From: Gammaproteobacteria bacterium
Lineage (GTDB): Bacteria; Pseudomonadota; Gammaproteobacteria; Steroidobacterales; Rariloculaceae
NCBI GenBank assembly: GCA_036274615.1
Contig: DASUFK010000015.1
Location: 1-24,000, forward strand
Direction: 5' to 3'
DNA: 24,000 nucleotides
In this document: piece after piece, positions 16,308 to 23,775 of the stretch
Position numbering within the stretch: position 1 is the stretch's first letter
Layout: each line of letters starts with the position of its first letter
Translations under genes and position numbers: made by a program
Notes under the pieces: generated by a model
Database searches by the model: none
What the model was told of the DNA's origin: nothing
Seen by the model: the letters and a program-made list of their open reading frames with translations, nothing else

Positions 16308-16400
16308 CGCCGAAAAATAGGGACATGTTACTTTTTCGTCCCGCGGGGTCGGCCGACGAGGCCGTTTGTCGAAAAAGTAACATGTCCCTATTTTTCGGCG
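16308..16400. repeat. Inverted repeat with perfect 31-bp AT-rich arms and a 31-nt GC-rich spacer, in a divergent intergenic region
   Basis: Left arm, 16308-16338: CGCCGAAAAATAGGGACATGTTACTTTTTCG. Right arm, 16370-16400: CGAAAAAGTAACATGTCCCTATTTTTCGGCG. I verified 31/31 complementary positions. The spacer has its own 5-bp hairpin (CGGCC-GACGA-GGCCG). Each arm also contains an internal CGAAAAA/TTTTTCG inverted pair. Confidence 0.9.
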
Positions 16401-16440
16401 GGGTATGATGAGGGCGTTCCACCCGATCGGAGGCCCGGCG

Positions 16441-17133
16441 ATGCAGCGCAACCGCTTACTCGACCCCATTCGTCGAACGGAGCCGGGCGAGGCTCTCACC
16501 CGCCGCTCGTTCATCGCTCACGGTGCGGCTGTCGCCGCCACGGCCGCGATTCCGGCAGGCGCCTGGGCCGCCGTGGACTACAGCCAATTCAAGCGCGTGC
16601 CCACTCAGTACATCGCCGCGCTCGCCGAGCCGAAGGCCACGTCCGGCAACAACGCCGAGACCTGGGGCCTCTGGCGCCAGGACCCCGGGCCGCGCGGCGT
16701 GCGGCTCGGCAGCTACGAGCGCCTCGCGAGCACGGGCGTGGCCCCCGCCGGGTGGAAGTTCGACCAGGGCTCGTGGTGGCTCGAGGAGCACGGCCTGATC
16801 ATGGAGAAGCCGGAGTTTCCGATGCCGGCCGGCACCTTCGTCGTGACCGGCGACCGCGAGACCACGAGCGTGCTAACGGTCCATGCGCCGGGCGCGGACG
16901 GCAAGCAGCGCTGGGAGCTCGCCGACGGCGCCACCCTCTACGACGTCACGCACCTGCGTTGCCGCTCGGCGGTGTACACGCCGGCGCAGGCGGGCGGCGC
17001 GTGCACGCCCACGCAGGCACGGCAGAGCGACTTCCCGGTGGCGCCCGGGGCGGCGATGCCGCCCGTCACGGGCTGCGCGAAGCAGGACTATCAGGTCCTG
17101 ATCGTGATCGGGATGCCGAAGAACGCCGTCTGA
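16441..17133 (+). CDS. Tat-signal secreted protein, unknown function
   Basis: ATG at 16441 with GGAGG at 16429-16433. Twin-arginine motif: TRRSFIAHGAAVAATAAIPAGAWA. No family recognised. Confidence 0.7.
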   Translation: MQRNRLLDPIRRTEPGEALTRRSFIAHGAAVAATAAIPAGAWAAVDYSQFKRVPTQYIAALAEPKATSGNNAETWGLWRQDPGPRGVRLGSYERLASTGVAPAGWKFDQGSWWLEEHGLIMEKPEFPMPAGTFVVTGDRETTSVLTVHAPGADGKQRWELADGATLYDVTHLRCRSAVYTPAQAGGACTPTQARQSDFPVAPGAAMPPVTGCAKQDYQVLIVIGMPKNAV

Positions 17134-17145
17134 GCTAACGGCTGC

Positions 17146-18003
17146 TCAGGAGCGATCGGCCTTTCCCGGCTGCTGCGAGCAGGTGTCCTGCACGATCTCG
17201 ACGTCGGGCGTGTAGAGCCAAGTCTTCGTCATGACCAGCGGCTTCGTGAACGTCACGGGATCCGTGAGCGTGAGCGTGAGCTCGAGCCGGCGCGGATTCT
17301 CGCGGATCACGTACCGCTCCACCGCCTTGAGCTCGCCGCTGTGGCCCCACTGCGAGCTATCGGAGATCAGGTCCGGCGTGATCAACGCCGACTCGACGAT
17401 CAGCGCGCCGTTCTCCACGCGTCCCACCGAATGCCCGAGCAGCGTCGGCGTCTTGTGCTCGGGGTGCGGCCGGCCGTCGGTGTAGATGTTCCGCAGCAGC
17501 GACCACTCCTCGTAGCGCACCACGAGGTGGTCGCCGTCGCGCCGAATGTTCATCGGCAGCGGATTGGTGACTTCGCGCACGAAGCCGTACGGCTGACAGT
17601 TGATGAACTTCGGATCGTTCTCCGGCTTGTTGGCGGCGTGCACCAGCTTGCCGAGCGGCGTGAGCGTGGCGTCGAGCGCCGCGCTCACCGTGCCGTTCGC
17701 GCGGCCCGACAACGCCATCGCGGGTGTCTGATCGTTCGCCGGGTCAGCGAGCAGGCGGCTCAGCTCGTTGTAGAACTCGAGCGGGCAGCCGACGAAGCAC
17801 TGGATGTCGGCGAACGTCCAGTACTTGTTGCTCTGCGTGGTGAACACGCCGCTCCACGTGCCCAAGAACGGCGCCGCGGGATCGGCGGCTTGCGCGAAAA
17901 CGCCGGCGGGCGCCGCGAACAACGCGCAGAGCGCGAGATTGCGAGCTCGAACGCCGACGGACTTGGGGAAACTCGGCTGAGTCATCGCGGCTCCGATTCT
18001 CAT
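17146..18003 (-). CDS. Secreted protein of unknown function, large-domain family member P3
   Basis: Track ORF 17146..18222. I prefer ATG 18003 because it forms an ATGA overlap with the upstream small gene's stop (ATG 17985 is the alternative). Signal-like segment: RNLALCALFAAPAGVFAQA. Family motifs: PFLGTW, INCQPYGF, TDGRPHP, GHSVGRVENGALIVES, AVERY, TDPVTFTKP and QDTCSQQ. Confidence 0.75.
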   Translation of the reverse strand: MRIGAAMTQPSFPKSVGVRARNLALCALFAAPAGVFAQAADPAAPFLGTWSGVFTTQSNKYWTFADIQCFVGCPLEFYNELSRLLADPANDQTPAMALSGRANGTVSAALDATLTPLGKLVHAANKPENDPKFINCQPYGFVREVTNPLPMNIRRDGDHLVVRYEEWSLLRNIYTDGRPHPEHKTPTLLGHSVGRVENGALIVESALITPDLISDSSQWGHSGELKAVERYVIRENPRRLELTLTLTDPVTFTKPLVMTKTWLYTPDVEIVQDTCSQQPGKADRS

Positions 18004-18419
18004 TGCGGCCGCGTCCGGCGGTTGTTGAACTCGTCGTAGTTGATGTCCTCGGTGAACTTCTCGGTGCCGTTCGGCAGGACGATATGCGTCATGTGGATGA
18101 GCTTCGCCGTGGGATCGCGCGGCGCGTGGCCTTTGAGCGTGATCTTGTCGCCCGGCTTCACTTCCGTTTCCGTCCAGCCCACGCGCATGAGCTGCGTGCG
18201 CGAGCCTCCTTCGGCGAGCCACTGTTCCTTCACGCCGTTGTTATCGACGTCCAGGTAGATCCGCATGTGCGGGTTGCCGAGCTGAAACTCGGTGACCGTG
18301 CCGGTGATGGAGATCTCCTTGCTCAGGTCGTAGAGCATCGCCGGCGAGTGATGGGCCGCGACGTGCGTCAGCGGCACCAGCCCGATGGCCAACAGCAACG
18401 TCCAAAATCTCGTTCGCAT
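18000..18419 (-). CDS. Small secreted DUF6152-like protein (copy B)
   Basis: ATG at 18419, preceded by GGAGAG. Sequence: MRTRFWTLLLAIGLVPLTHVAA, then HHSPAMLYDLSKEISITGTVTEFQLGNPHMRIYLDV. Confidence 0.8.
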   Translation of the reverse strand: MRTRFWTLLLAIGLVPLTHVAAHHSPAMLYDLSKEISITGTVTEFQLGNPHMRIYLDVDNNGVKEQWLAEGGSRTQLMRVGWTETEVKPGDKITLKGHAPRDPTAKLIHMTHIVLPNGTEKFTEDINYDEFNNRRTRPQ

Positions 18420-18522
18420 GGCAGCTCTCTCCGGAATCTTGCGCGCATAGCTGTAGCACGCCGCCGGCCGCTCGTCCATGGAAGGGAGAGCACCCGCCCG
18501 CGGCGAGCCTGCCCCACGAGCC

Positions 18523-18583
18523 GGTGTCAGACACCTTCGGTGTCAGACACCTGGAGTGTCAGACGCCGGCGGTGTCGGACACC
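18523..18583. repeat. Four tandem 13-bp palindromes (GGTGTC-N-GACACC) at an exact 16-bp period
   Basis: The four copies are 18523-18535 GGTGTCAGACACC, 18539-18551 GGTGTCAGACACC, 18555-18567 AGTGTCAGACGCC and 18571-18583 GGTGTCGGACACC, separated by 3-nt spacers TTC, TGG and GGC. The array spans the 3' end of the acyltransferase ORF and the region about 100 nt upstream of DUF6152-like copy B. Confidence 0.9.
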
Positions 18584-19707
18584 AACGGCGGCGTCTTCGG
18601 CGCGCCTTTCATGCCGAACGCGACGCGCAGCAGCGATACCCGCCGCACGGCGTATTCGTACAGGACCACGCACGCAACCAGCGTGGCCGACAGCACCACC
18701 CAGTACTTCGTCCACGGCGTCCACGACGTCTGAATCACGTAGTAGCCGAGCGCCACGATCGCCGTCTGGTGCAGGATATAGATCGGATAGCTCGCGTCGC
18801 GAGCCCAGCGCAGCAGCGGATTGGCGAACGACAGGTAGCGCCGGCCGTAGCCCAGGAACGCCAGCACCAAGAGCCACGTGAACACGTTCGCGAGCACGCA
18901 GTCGACCGCGCCGCCGTGCGGAACCGTGCCGAAAACGAGCATCGCGATGAGCGCGGCGGCCGTCGCGACGCCGCCGAAGACCAGCGCCGCACGCCTCTCC
19001 GCGAGCCACTGCCAGCCGCCGGGCAGCGACGCGAGCAGGTAGCCGTACGCCGTGAGCAGCAGGTAGTGATCGAAGATGTACCAGTCGTTCAACAACGTGT
19101 GCCGCTCGCCGAACAACGGCTTGAGCAGCGTCTCGTTCACGCCGAGCGGCAACGCGAGCGCCACCAGCCACCACCCGGGGCGCGGCGCGGCCGCGCGCCG
19201 CTTCCACCAGAGCATCGCGGGGATCAAGAGCAGCGCGTACACGTAGAGATACGCGATGAACCACAGGTGATGCCAGCTGAAGTTGCCGGCCGGGTACGGC
19301 TGGAGCTGCAGCACGCGCTCCGCGTAGAAGTCGAGATAGCCGCCGCTCCACTGGCCGTGAAACAGCCGCTCGAAGTAGATCTGCGGCGGCACGATCACGA
19401 AGCAGCCGACGATCAGCGGCAGCAGCAGCCGCACCGTGCGCTCGCGCAGCAGGCCGCCGCCCGTGCGCCGTCGCAGCGCGAACCACATGCCGGCGCCCGC
19501 GATCACGAACAGGAGCGGCATGCGCAAGCGGTGCGCGATGTCCATCGGCCACTGCAGCGCCGGGATGGTTTCGCGATTCGTCACGTGCCAGCCCCAGCCC
19601 ACGAACAGCATGCCGGTGTGATAGAAGAGCAGCACGCCGATCGCGATCACTCGCAGCCAGTCGAGGAAATCGTAGCGCTCGCCGGCGGTTCGGGTACCCG
19701 TGGTCAT
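18559..19707 (-). CDS. Acyltransferase family 3 integral membrane protein (OafA/OpgC-like)
   Basis: 382 aa starting at ATG 19707. N-terminal RYDFLDWLRVIAIGVLLFYH is typical of acyltransferase_3. The protein is multi-pass and hydrophobic throughout. Its last ~8 codons are encoded by the tandem palindromes. Confidence 0.85.
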   Translation of the reverse strand: MTTGTRTAGERYDFLDWLRVIAIGVLLFYHTGMLFVGWGWHVTNRETIPALQWPMDIAHRLRMPLLFVIAGAGMWFALRRRTGGGLLRERTVRLLLPLIVGCFVIVPPQIYFERLFHGQWSGGYLDFYAERVLQLQPYPAGNFSWHHLWFIAYLYVYALLLIPAMLWWKRRAAAPRPGWWLVALALPLGVNETLLKPLFGERHTLLNDWYIFDHYLLLTAYGYLLASLPGGWQWLAERRAALVFGGVATAAALIAMLVFGTVPHGGAVDCVLANVFTWLLVLAFLGYGRRYLSFANPLLRWARDASYPIYILHQTAIVALGYYVIQTSWTPWTKYWVVLSATLVACVVLYEYAVRRVSLLRVAFGMKGAPKTPPLVSDTAGV

Positions 19708-19811
19708 CGAAGCTCTCTTGCGCGATTGCGGATGCGCGGAGCTTCGTCCGGCTCGGCCGCGGCCGCAGCGGTTTTGGGGCGAGCGGGGCGGCGGGCGGGA
19801 TCAGCGGGGCG

Positions 19812-20579
19812 TCAGCGCCCCATGCGAGCGAACAGCGCGTCCTTGTAGCGCCGGCTGAGCCGCAGGGTGCGGCCGTCGCGCAGGTGAACTTCGTAGTCGC
19901 CCTTGAACAGCGGCGTGAGCGACGCGATCGCGGCCACGTTCACGGCCGCCGACTTGTGGATCCGCGCGAAGCGCTGCTCGCCGAGCTGCGCCAGCAGATC
20001 CTGGAGCGTGCGCCGCAGCAGGTAGCGGCGCTGCGGCGTGTGCACGTGCACGTAGTTGTCGTCCGCTTCGAGCCAGTCGATCGACGAGCTGTCGATGAGC
20101 TCGAGCCGTTCGCCGTTCGGCACGAGCAGCCGCTCGGCGGATCCCGCTTGCGCGCGGGCCGTCGCGACCGCCGCCGTGCGCGCGGAGCTCGCGGTCGTGC
20201 GCTCGCGCGCGCGCTCGAGCGAGCGCAGCAGGCGGTCCTTGTCGTAGGGCTTGAGCAAATAGTCGACGGCGTTCAGGTCGAACGCCTTAACGGCGTGCTC
20301 GTCGAACGCGGTCACGAACACGATCAGCGGCGCGGTCGACTGCTCGAGCTGCGCCGCCACCTCGAGGCCGTTCAGGCCCGGCATCTGGATGTCGAGGAAG
20401 GCCACGTCGGGACGCAGCTGCTCGATGTCGCGCGCGGCCGCGAGCCCGTCCTCCGCATGGCTCACGACTTCCGTGCCGGGCTGCTCGTCGAGCCAGCGGC
20501 GCAGCTTGGCGCGTGCAGGCGGCTCGTCGTCGGCGATGAGCACGCGCAAAGCCTTGGCGCTTCGCTCGGAGCTCTTCAT
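19812..20579 (-). CDS. Two-component response regulator, LytR/AlgR family (REC + LytTR DNA-binding domain)
   Basis: ATG at 20579 forms an ATGA overlap with the kinase stop. REC motifs: RVLIADDEPPAR, DVAFLDIQMPGLNG and YLLKP. LytTR region: IDWLEADDNYVHVHT...ARIHKSAAVN. Confidence 0.9.
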   Translation of the reverse strand: MKSSERSAKALRVLIADDEPPARAKLRRWLDEQPGTEVVSHAEDGLAAARDIEQLRPDVAFLDIQMPGLNGLEVAAQLEQSTAPLIVFVTAFDEHAVKAFDLNAVDYLLKPYDKDRLLRSLERARERTTASSARTAAVATARAQAGSAERLLVPNGERLELIDSSSIDWLEADDNYVHVHTPQRRYLLRRTLQDLLAQLGEQRFARIHKSAAVNVAAIASLTPLFKGDYEVHLRDGRTLRLSRRYKDALFARMGR

Positions 20580-21739
20580 CGCGAAGCCGGGCCGCGGAGC
20601 GGCAGCACGATCTCGGCCGTCACACCGTGCTCGTTGCTCGCGAGCTCGAGCGTTGCACTGCCGCCGTAGATCACCGCGAGCCGGTCGCGGACGTTGCGCA
20701 GGCCGATGCCCCCGCCGCCGCCCTCGGCCAGAGACGAGCCGCTGTTGCTCACGCCGAGCCGCAGGGAATCGCCGTCGCGACGGGCGGCGACTTCGATGCG
20801 CACGGGCCCGATGCTGCGCTCGACGCCGTGCTTGAAGGCGTTCTCGAGCAACGGCTGCAGCAACAGCGACGGCACCGGCACGTCGAGCACGCTCTCGTCC
20901 ACGCGCTGCACGAGCGTCACGCGATCCGCGTAGCGCGCGAGCATGATCTCGGCGTAGAGGTCGACCGAGCGCAGCTCGTCGCACAGCGGCGTGGTATCGC
21001 GATCGCCGGACTGCAAGCTCAAGCGCAGCAAGTCGGCGAGCCGCGCGAGCAACCTATCGGCCCCGGCGACGTCGACGTGCATCTGCGCCGACACCGTGTT
21101 GAGCGCGTTGAAGAGAAAGTGTGGACGGAGCTGCGACTTGAGCTGTGCGAGCTGCGCCTCGGCGAGCGTCCTCTGCAGCTCGAGCAGCCGGCGGCGCTGC
21201 GTCTGCCACTGCTCGTACGAGTCGAAGCCGAACAGGATGCCGAGCCAGAGCCCGGAGTAGAGCAGGATTTTCACCGACTCGTAGACGAACACGAACGGCC
21301 ACGCCGGGTGGCTGTACGTCCGGCCCGCGAGTGCATAGATGCCGTGCCGCAGCGCGTACACCGCGGCGATGAACGTGACCGCGGCGAGCGGCAGCCAGCG
21401 CAGGTGATAGGCGAACCAGAGCAACGGGCGGTCGAGGTACGGCGCGTGATAGCCGCGCGCCCGGAGCACCAGCGCCATCCAGGCGCTCGCGGCCAATGCG
21501 GAGCTGCCCTCCCAGAGCACCGGCTCCCACCAGCTGATCGCGGTGCTGTGCAGCGTGTCGCCGATCGCCACCGAGATCATCAGCAACCAGAACGCGGCCC
21601 ACAACCAATAGAGCGCGACGGGCCGGCGCTCGTCGAGCGTGCGAGCGGCCAGCGAGACGGCGGGCGATTCCAGCGGCAGAGCGGCCATCGCGGCGATTCT
21701 AGCCGCGGTGCCGGCGGCGGCGCGCTCGCTTTGTGGCAA
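20576..21739 (-). CDS. Sensor histidine kinase, LytS/YehU-type (His_kinase + HATPase_c)
   Basis: Several N-terminal TM segments. QLKSQLRPHFLFNALNTV carries the phospho-acceptor His motif of this family. QPLLENAFKHG and GGIGLRNVRDRL are the N and G boxes. The start is uncertain, either TTG 21739 or ATG 21688. Confidence 0.85.
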   Translation of the reverse strand: MPQSERAAAGTAARIAAMAALPLESPAVSLAARTLDERRPVALYWLWAAFWLLMISVAIGDTLHSTAISWWEPVLWEGSSALAASAWMALVLRARGYHAPYLDRPLLWFAYHLRWLPLAAVTFIAAVYALRHGIYALAGRTYSHPAWPFVFVYESVKILLYSGLWLGILFGFDSYEQWQTQRRRLLELQRTLAEAQLAQLKSQLRPHFLFNALNTVSAQMHVDVAGADRLLARLADLLRLSLQSGDRDTTPLCDELRSVDLYAEIMLARYADRVTLVQRVDESVLDVPVPSLLLQPLLENAFKHGVERSIGPVRIEVAARRDGDSLRLGVSNSGSSLAEGGGGGIGLRNVRDRLAVIYGGSATLELASNEHGVTAEIVLPLRGPASR

Positions 21740-21840
21740 GCGGGACCGAGTGCGAACCGTGCGGTGCGCACGAACGTGTGGCGCGCCTCGCGAGCGCCGG
21801 CTTAGACTGGCAACGAGTCAGGAGCGAGGGGGAAAGCGCA

Positions 21841-23022
21841 GTGGAAGCAAAGGCACACACGTACGCGGCCGCGGCGCGCCCGCATGCGGCGGCGCGCGGC
21901 ACACGCGCTTTGGCCGCCGCGCTCGTCCTCGCGGCGCTCGGCGCATCGAGCACGGCGCTTGCGCACCACGGCTTCGGCCTGTTCGACCGCTCGAAGCCGG
22001 TGACGCTCACGGGCCGGATCACGCGCATCGACTTCGTGAACCCGCACTCCTATCTCTACTTCGACATGACCGGCGCCGACGGCAAGACGCTTGCCATGCG
22101 CTGCGAGATGCGCGCCGCCACGCTGCTGCGCCGCTCCGGCTGGTCGCCGGAGATGTTCGCGGCCGGCGCCACGGTCACGGTGTACGGCTTCGCGCACCGG
22201 CAGGATCCCGCGTCGTGCTATCTCGAGGACGTGACGATCGGCAACGCGCCGAAGCGCAACCGCAACGACCAGTTCGAGACCACCAAGGTCGACGTGTCGA
22301 AGCGCGCGAAGCGCTTGCCGACGGGCGAGCCGAACATCACCGGCGACTGGGCGCAGGAGCAGTACGTGATCGCCGTGCCGCCGGGCGGCGGCGGCGGGCT
22401 CGTGCCGAAGAGCATGATCGCCGGCGTGGAGGCGGGGAAGATCGCGATGAAGGACATCCCGCCGTCGGGCTGGGGCCCGCGTGCCGTGACCTACACGCCG
22501 CGCGGCAAGGCCGAGGCCGACGCGTTTCAGATGTGGTCGCCGAAGGACAACCCGCGGCTGCGCTGCCGGCCCACGAGCATCCTGCTCGATTGGGTGTTCG
22601 ACGGCGCCGTCAACCGGATCACGCAGGAGAAGGACCGCATCGTCATCGATTACGGTCTCTTCAGCTTCCAGCGCGTGATTCACATGAACGTGGACAAGCA
22701 CCCCCCGAACGTCGCGCCGAGCTACTCGGGGCATTCGATCGGCAAGTGGGATGGCGACGTGCTCGTGGTGGACACCGTGGGCTTCGAGCCCGGCGTGATC
22801 GCCCCGCCGCTGCGCAACAGCGACCAGCTGCACGTCGTCGAGCGGTTCAAGCTCGATACCGACAAGTGGTCGTTGACGCGCGAGTACGTGGCCGAGGACC
22901 CGGTGTACTTCACGGACAAATATGTCGGGTCGGACACGGTGCTCGTGGCCGACGTGCCGTACGAGCCGCATCCGTGCAGCGAGCTCACGTACGAGTTCCG
23001 CGACGGGCAGCCGCCGCGCTAG
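21841..23022 (+). CDS. Secreted fusion protein: N-terminal DUF6152-like domain (copy C) + C-terminal large-domain family member P4
   Basis: In frame with track ORF 21733..23022. I prefer GTG 21841, preceded by GAGGGGGAA. The signal peptide ends ...LGASSTALA and is followed by HHGFGLFDRSKPVTLTGRITRIDFVNPHSYLYFDM, the small-domain pattern. The large-domain motifs come next: GEPNITGDW, RLRCRPTSI, GHSIGKWDGDVLVVDT, VVERF, EDPVYFTDK and HPCSEL. Confidence 0.75.
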   Translation: MEAKAHTYAAAARPHAAARGTRALAAALVLAALGASSTALAHHGFGLFDRSKPVTLTGRITRIDFVNPHSYLYFDMTGADGKTLAMRCEMRAATLLRRSGWSPEMFAAGATVTVYGFAHRQDPASCYLEDVTIGNAPKRNRNDQFETTKVDVSKRAKRLPTGEPNITGDWAQEQYVIAVPPGGGGGLVPKSMIAGVEAGKIAMKDIPPSGWGPRAVTYTPRGKAEADAFQMWSPKDNPRLRCRPTSILLDWVFDGAVNRITQEKDRIVIDYGLFSFQRVIHMNVDKHPPNVAPSYSGHSIGKWDGDVLVVDTVGFEPGVIAPPLRNSDQLHVVERFKLDTDKWSLTREYVAEDPVYFTDKYVGSDTVLVADVPYEPHPCSELTYEFRDGQPPR

Positions 23023-23057
23023 CCGGCGTCGGGCCGGCTGAAAGTTTCCGCGGAAAC

Positions 23058-23702
23058 ATGCGCCAGATCTATCTCATCCGGCACGCCCAGACCCGCTACG
23101 TGGCCGACGAGCCCGACGAGCACCGTCCGCTCACGGCAAAGGGCCACGAGCAGGCGGCGGCGCTGTGCCACGCGCTGCACGCGCTCGGGATCGAAGAGAT
23201 CCACTCGAGCCCTTTTCGCCGCTGTGTCGACACGATCGGGCCGTTCGCCGAGCGTACGGGCCTTTCCGTGAACCACGTGGTGGGCTTGCGCGAGCGCTGC
23301 TTCACGAGCGACTTCGTGCACGACTGGGACACGCTCTGGAAGAAGGTGTGGACCGATTTCGACTTCGCGCTTCCCGATGGCGAGTCGTCGCGTCAGGCGC
23401 AAGCGCGGATGTACGACGCCACGTTGGAGGTCGCAAGAGTGTCGCGAGCTCGCACGCTCGCAATCTCGTCGCACGGCAACGTGATCGGACTGCTGCTGCA
23501 ACACATCGATCCACGGTTCTCGTTCGAGCACGCGTGCGCGATTCGGAATCCGGACGTGTTGCGAGTCACTTTCGATGGCGCGGCGTTGCGCTGGGACGCC
23601 GAGTTCTCGCTCGGTGCGCTCGCGTCGTTCGCGACGCGTGTCGACACGAAGACGCATTTCGCCGCGCGTTCCAGCGATCCGATCGGTCGCGTGCGAACCT
23701 AG
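23058..23702 (+). CDS. Histidine phosphatase superfamily protein (phosphoglycerate-mutase-like)
   Basis: ATG at 23058, within the tail of track ORF 21639..23702. MRQIYLIRHAQT carries the RHG-type motif, followed by SSPFRRCVDT and ISSHGNVI. The start lies 35 nt after the fusion-protein stop. Confidence 0.8.
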   Translation: MRQIYLIRHAQTRYVADEPDEHRPLTAKGHEQAAALCHALHALGIEEIHSSPFRRCVDTIGPFAERTGLSVNHVVGLRERCFTSDFVHDWDTLWKKVWTDFDFALPDGESSRQAQARMYDATLEVARVSRARTLAISSHGNVIGLLLQHIDPRFSFEHACAIRNPDVLRVTFDGAALRWDAEFSLGALASFATRVDTKTHFAARSSDPIGRVRT

Positions 23703-23775
23703 ACGCGACACGCACTATATCTTCGCGGGTCGCACCACAGATCGAGACACATCATCGCATTCCAATTGGCCACAG

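Noticed and set aside
16263-16514. The N-terminal extension of track ORF 15582..16514 (and similar extensions at 4651-4716, 4689-4796, 18004-18222, 18420-18479 and 21733-21840) as real coding sequence
   Set aside because: The extensions lack signal-peptide or domain logic and have unusual composition. At 16263-16514 the ORF simply reads through both arms of the palindrome. Internal starts give proper signal peptides, RBSs or start/stop coupling.
18523-18583. Could the tandem repeats be a mini CRISPR array?
   Set aside because: The repeats are 13 bp with 3-bp spacers, whereas CRISPR arrays have roughly 25-40 bp repeats and spacers of similar length. No cas genes are in the window.
21749-21780. 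GTGCG/CGAAC-containing short repeats in the kinase/fusion-gene intergenic region as LytTR binding sites
   Set aside because: The spacing is irregular (14 versus 17 nt) and the repeats are short and GC-rich. They are indistinguishable from background in this genome.
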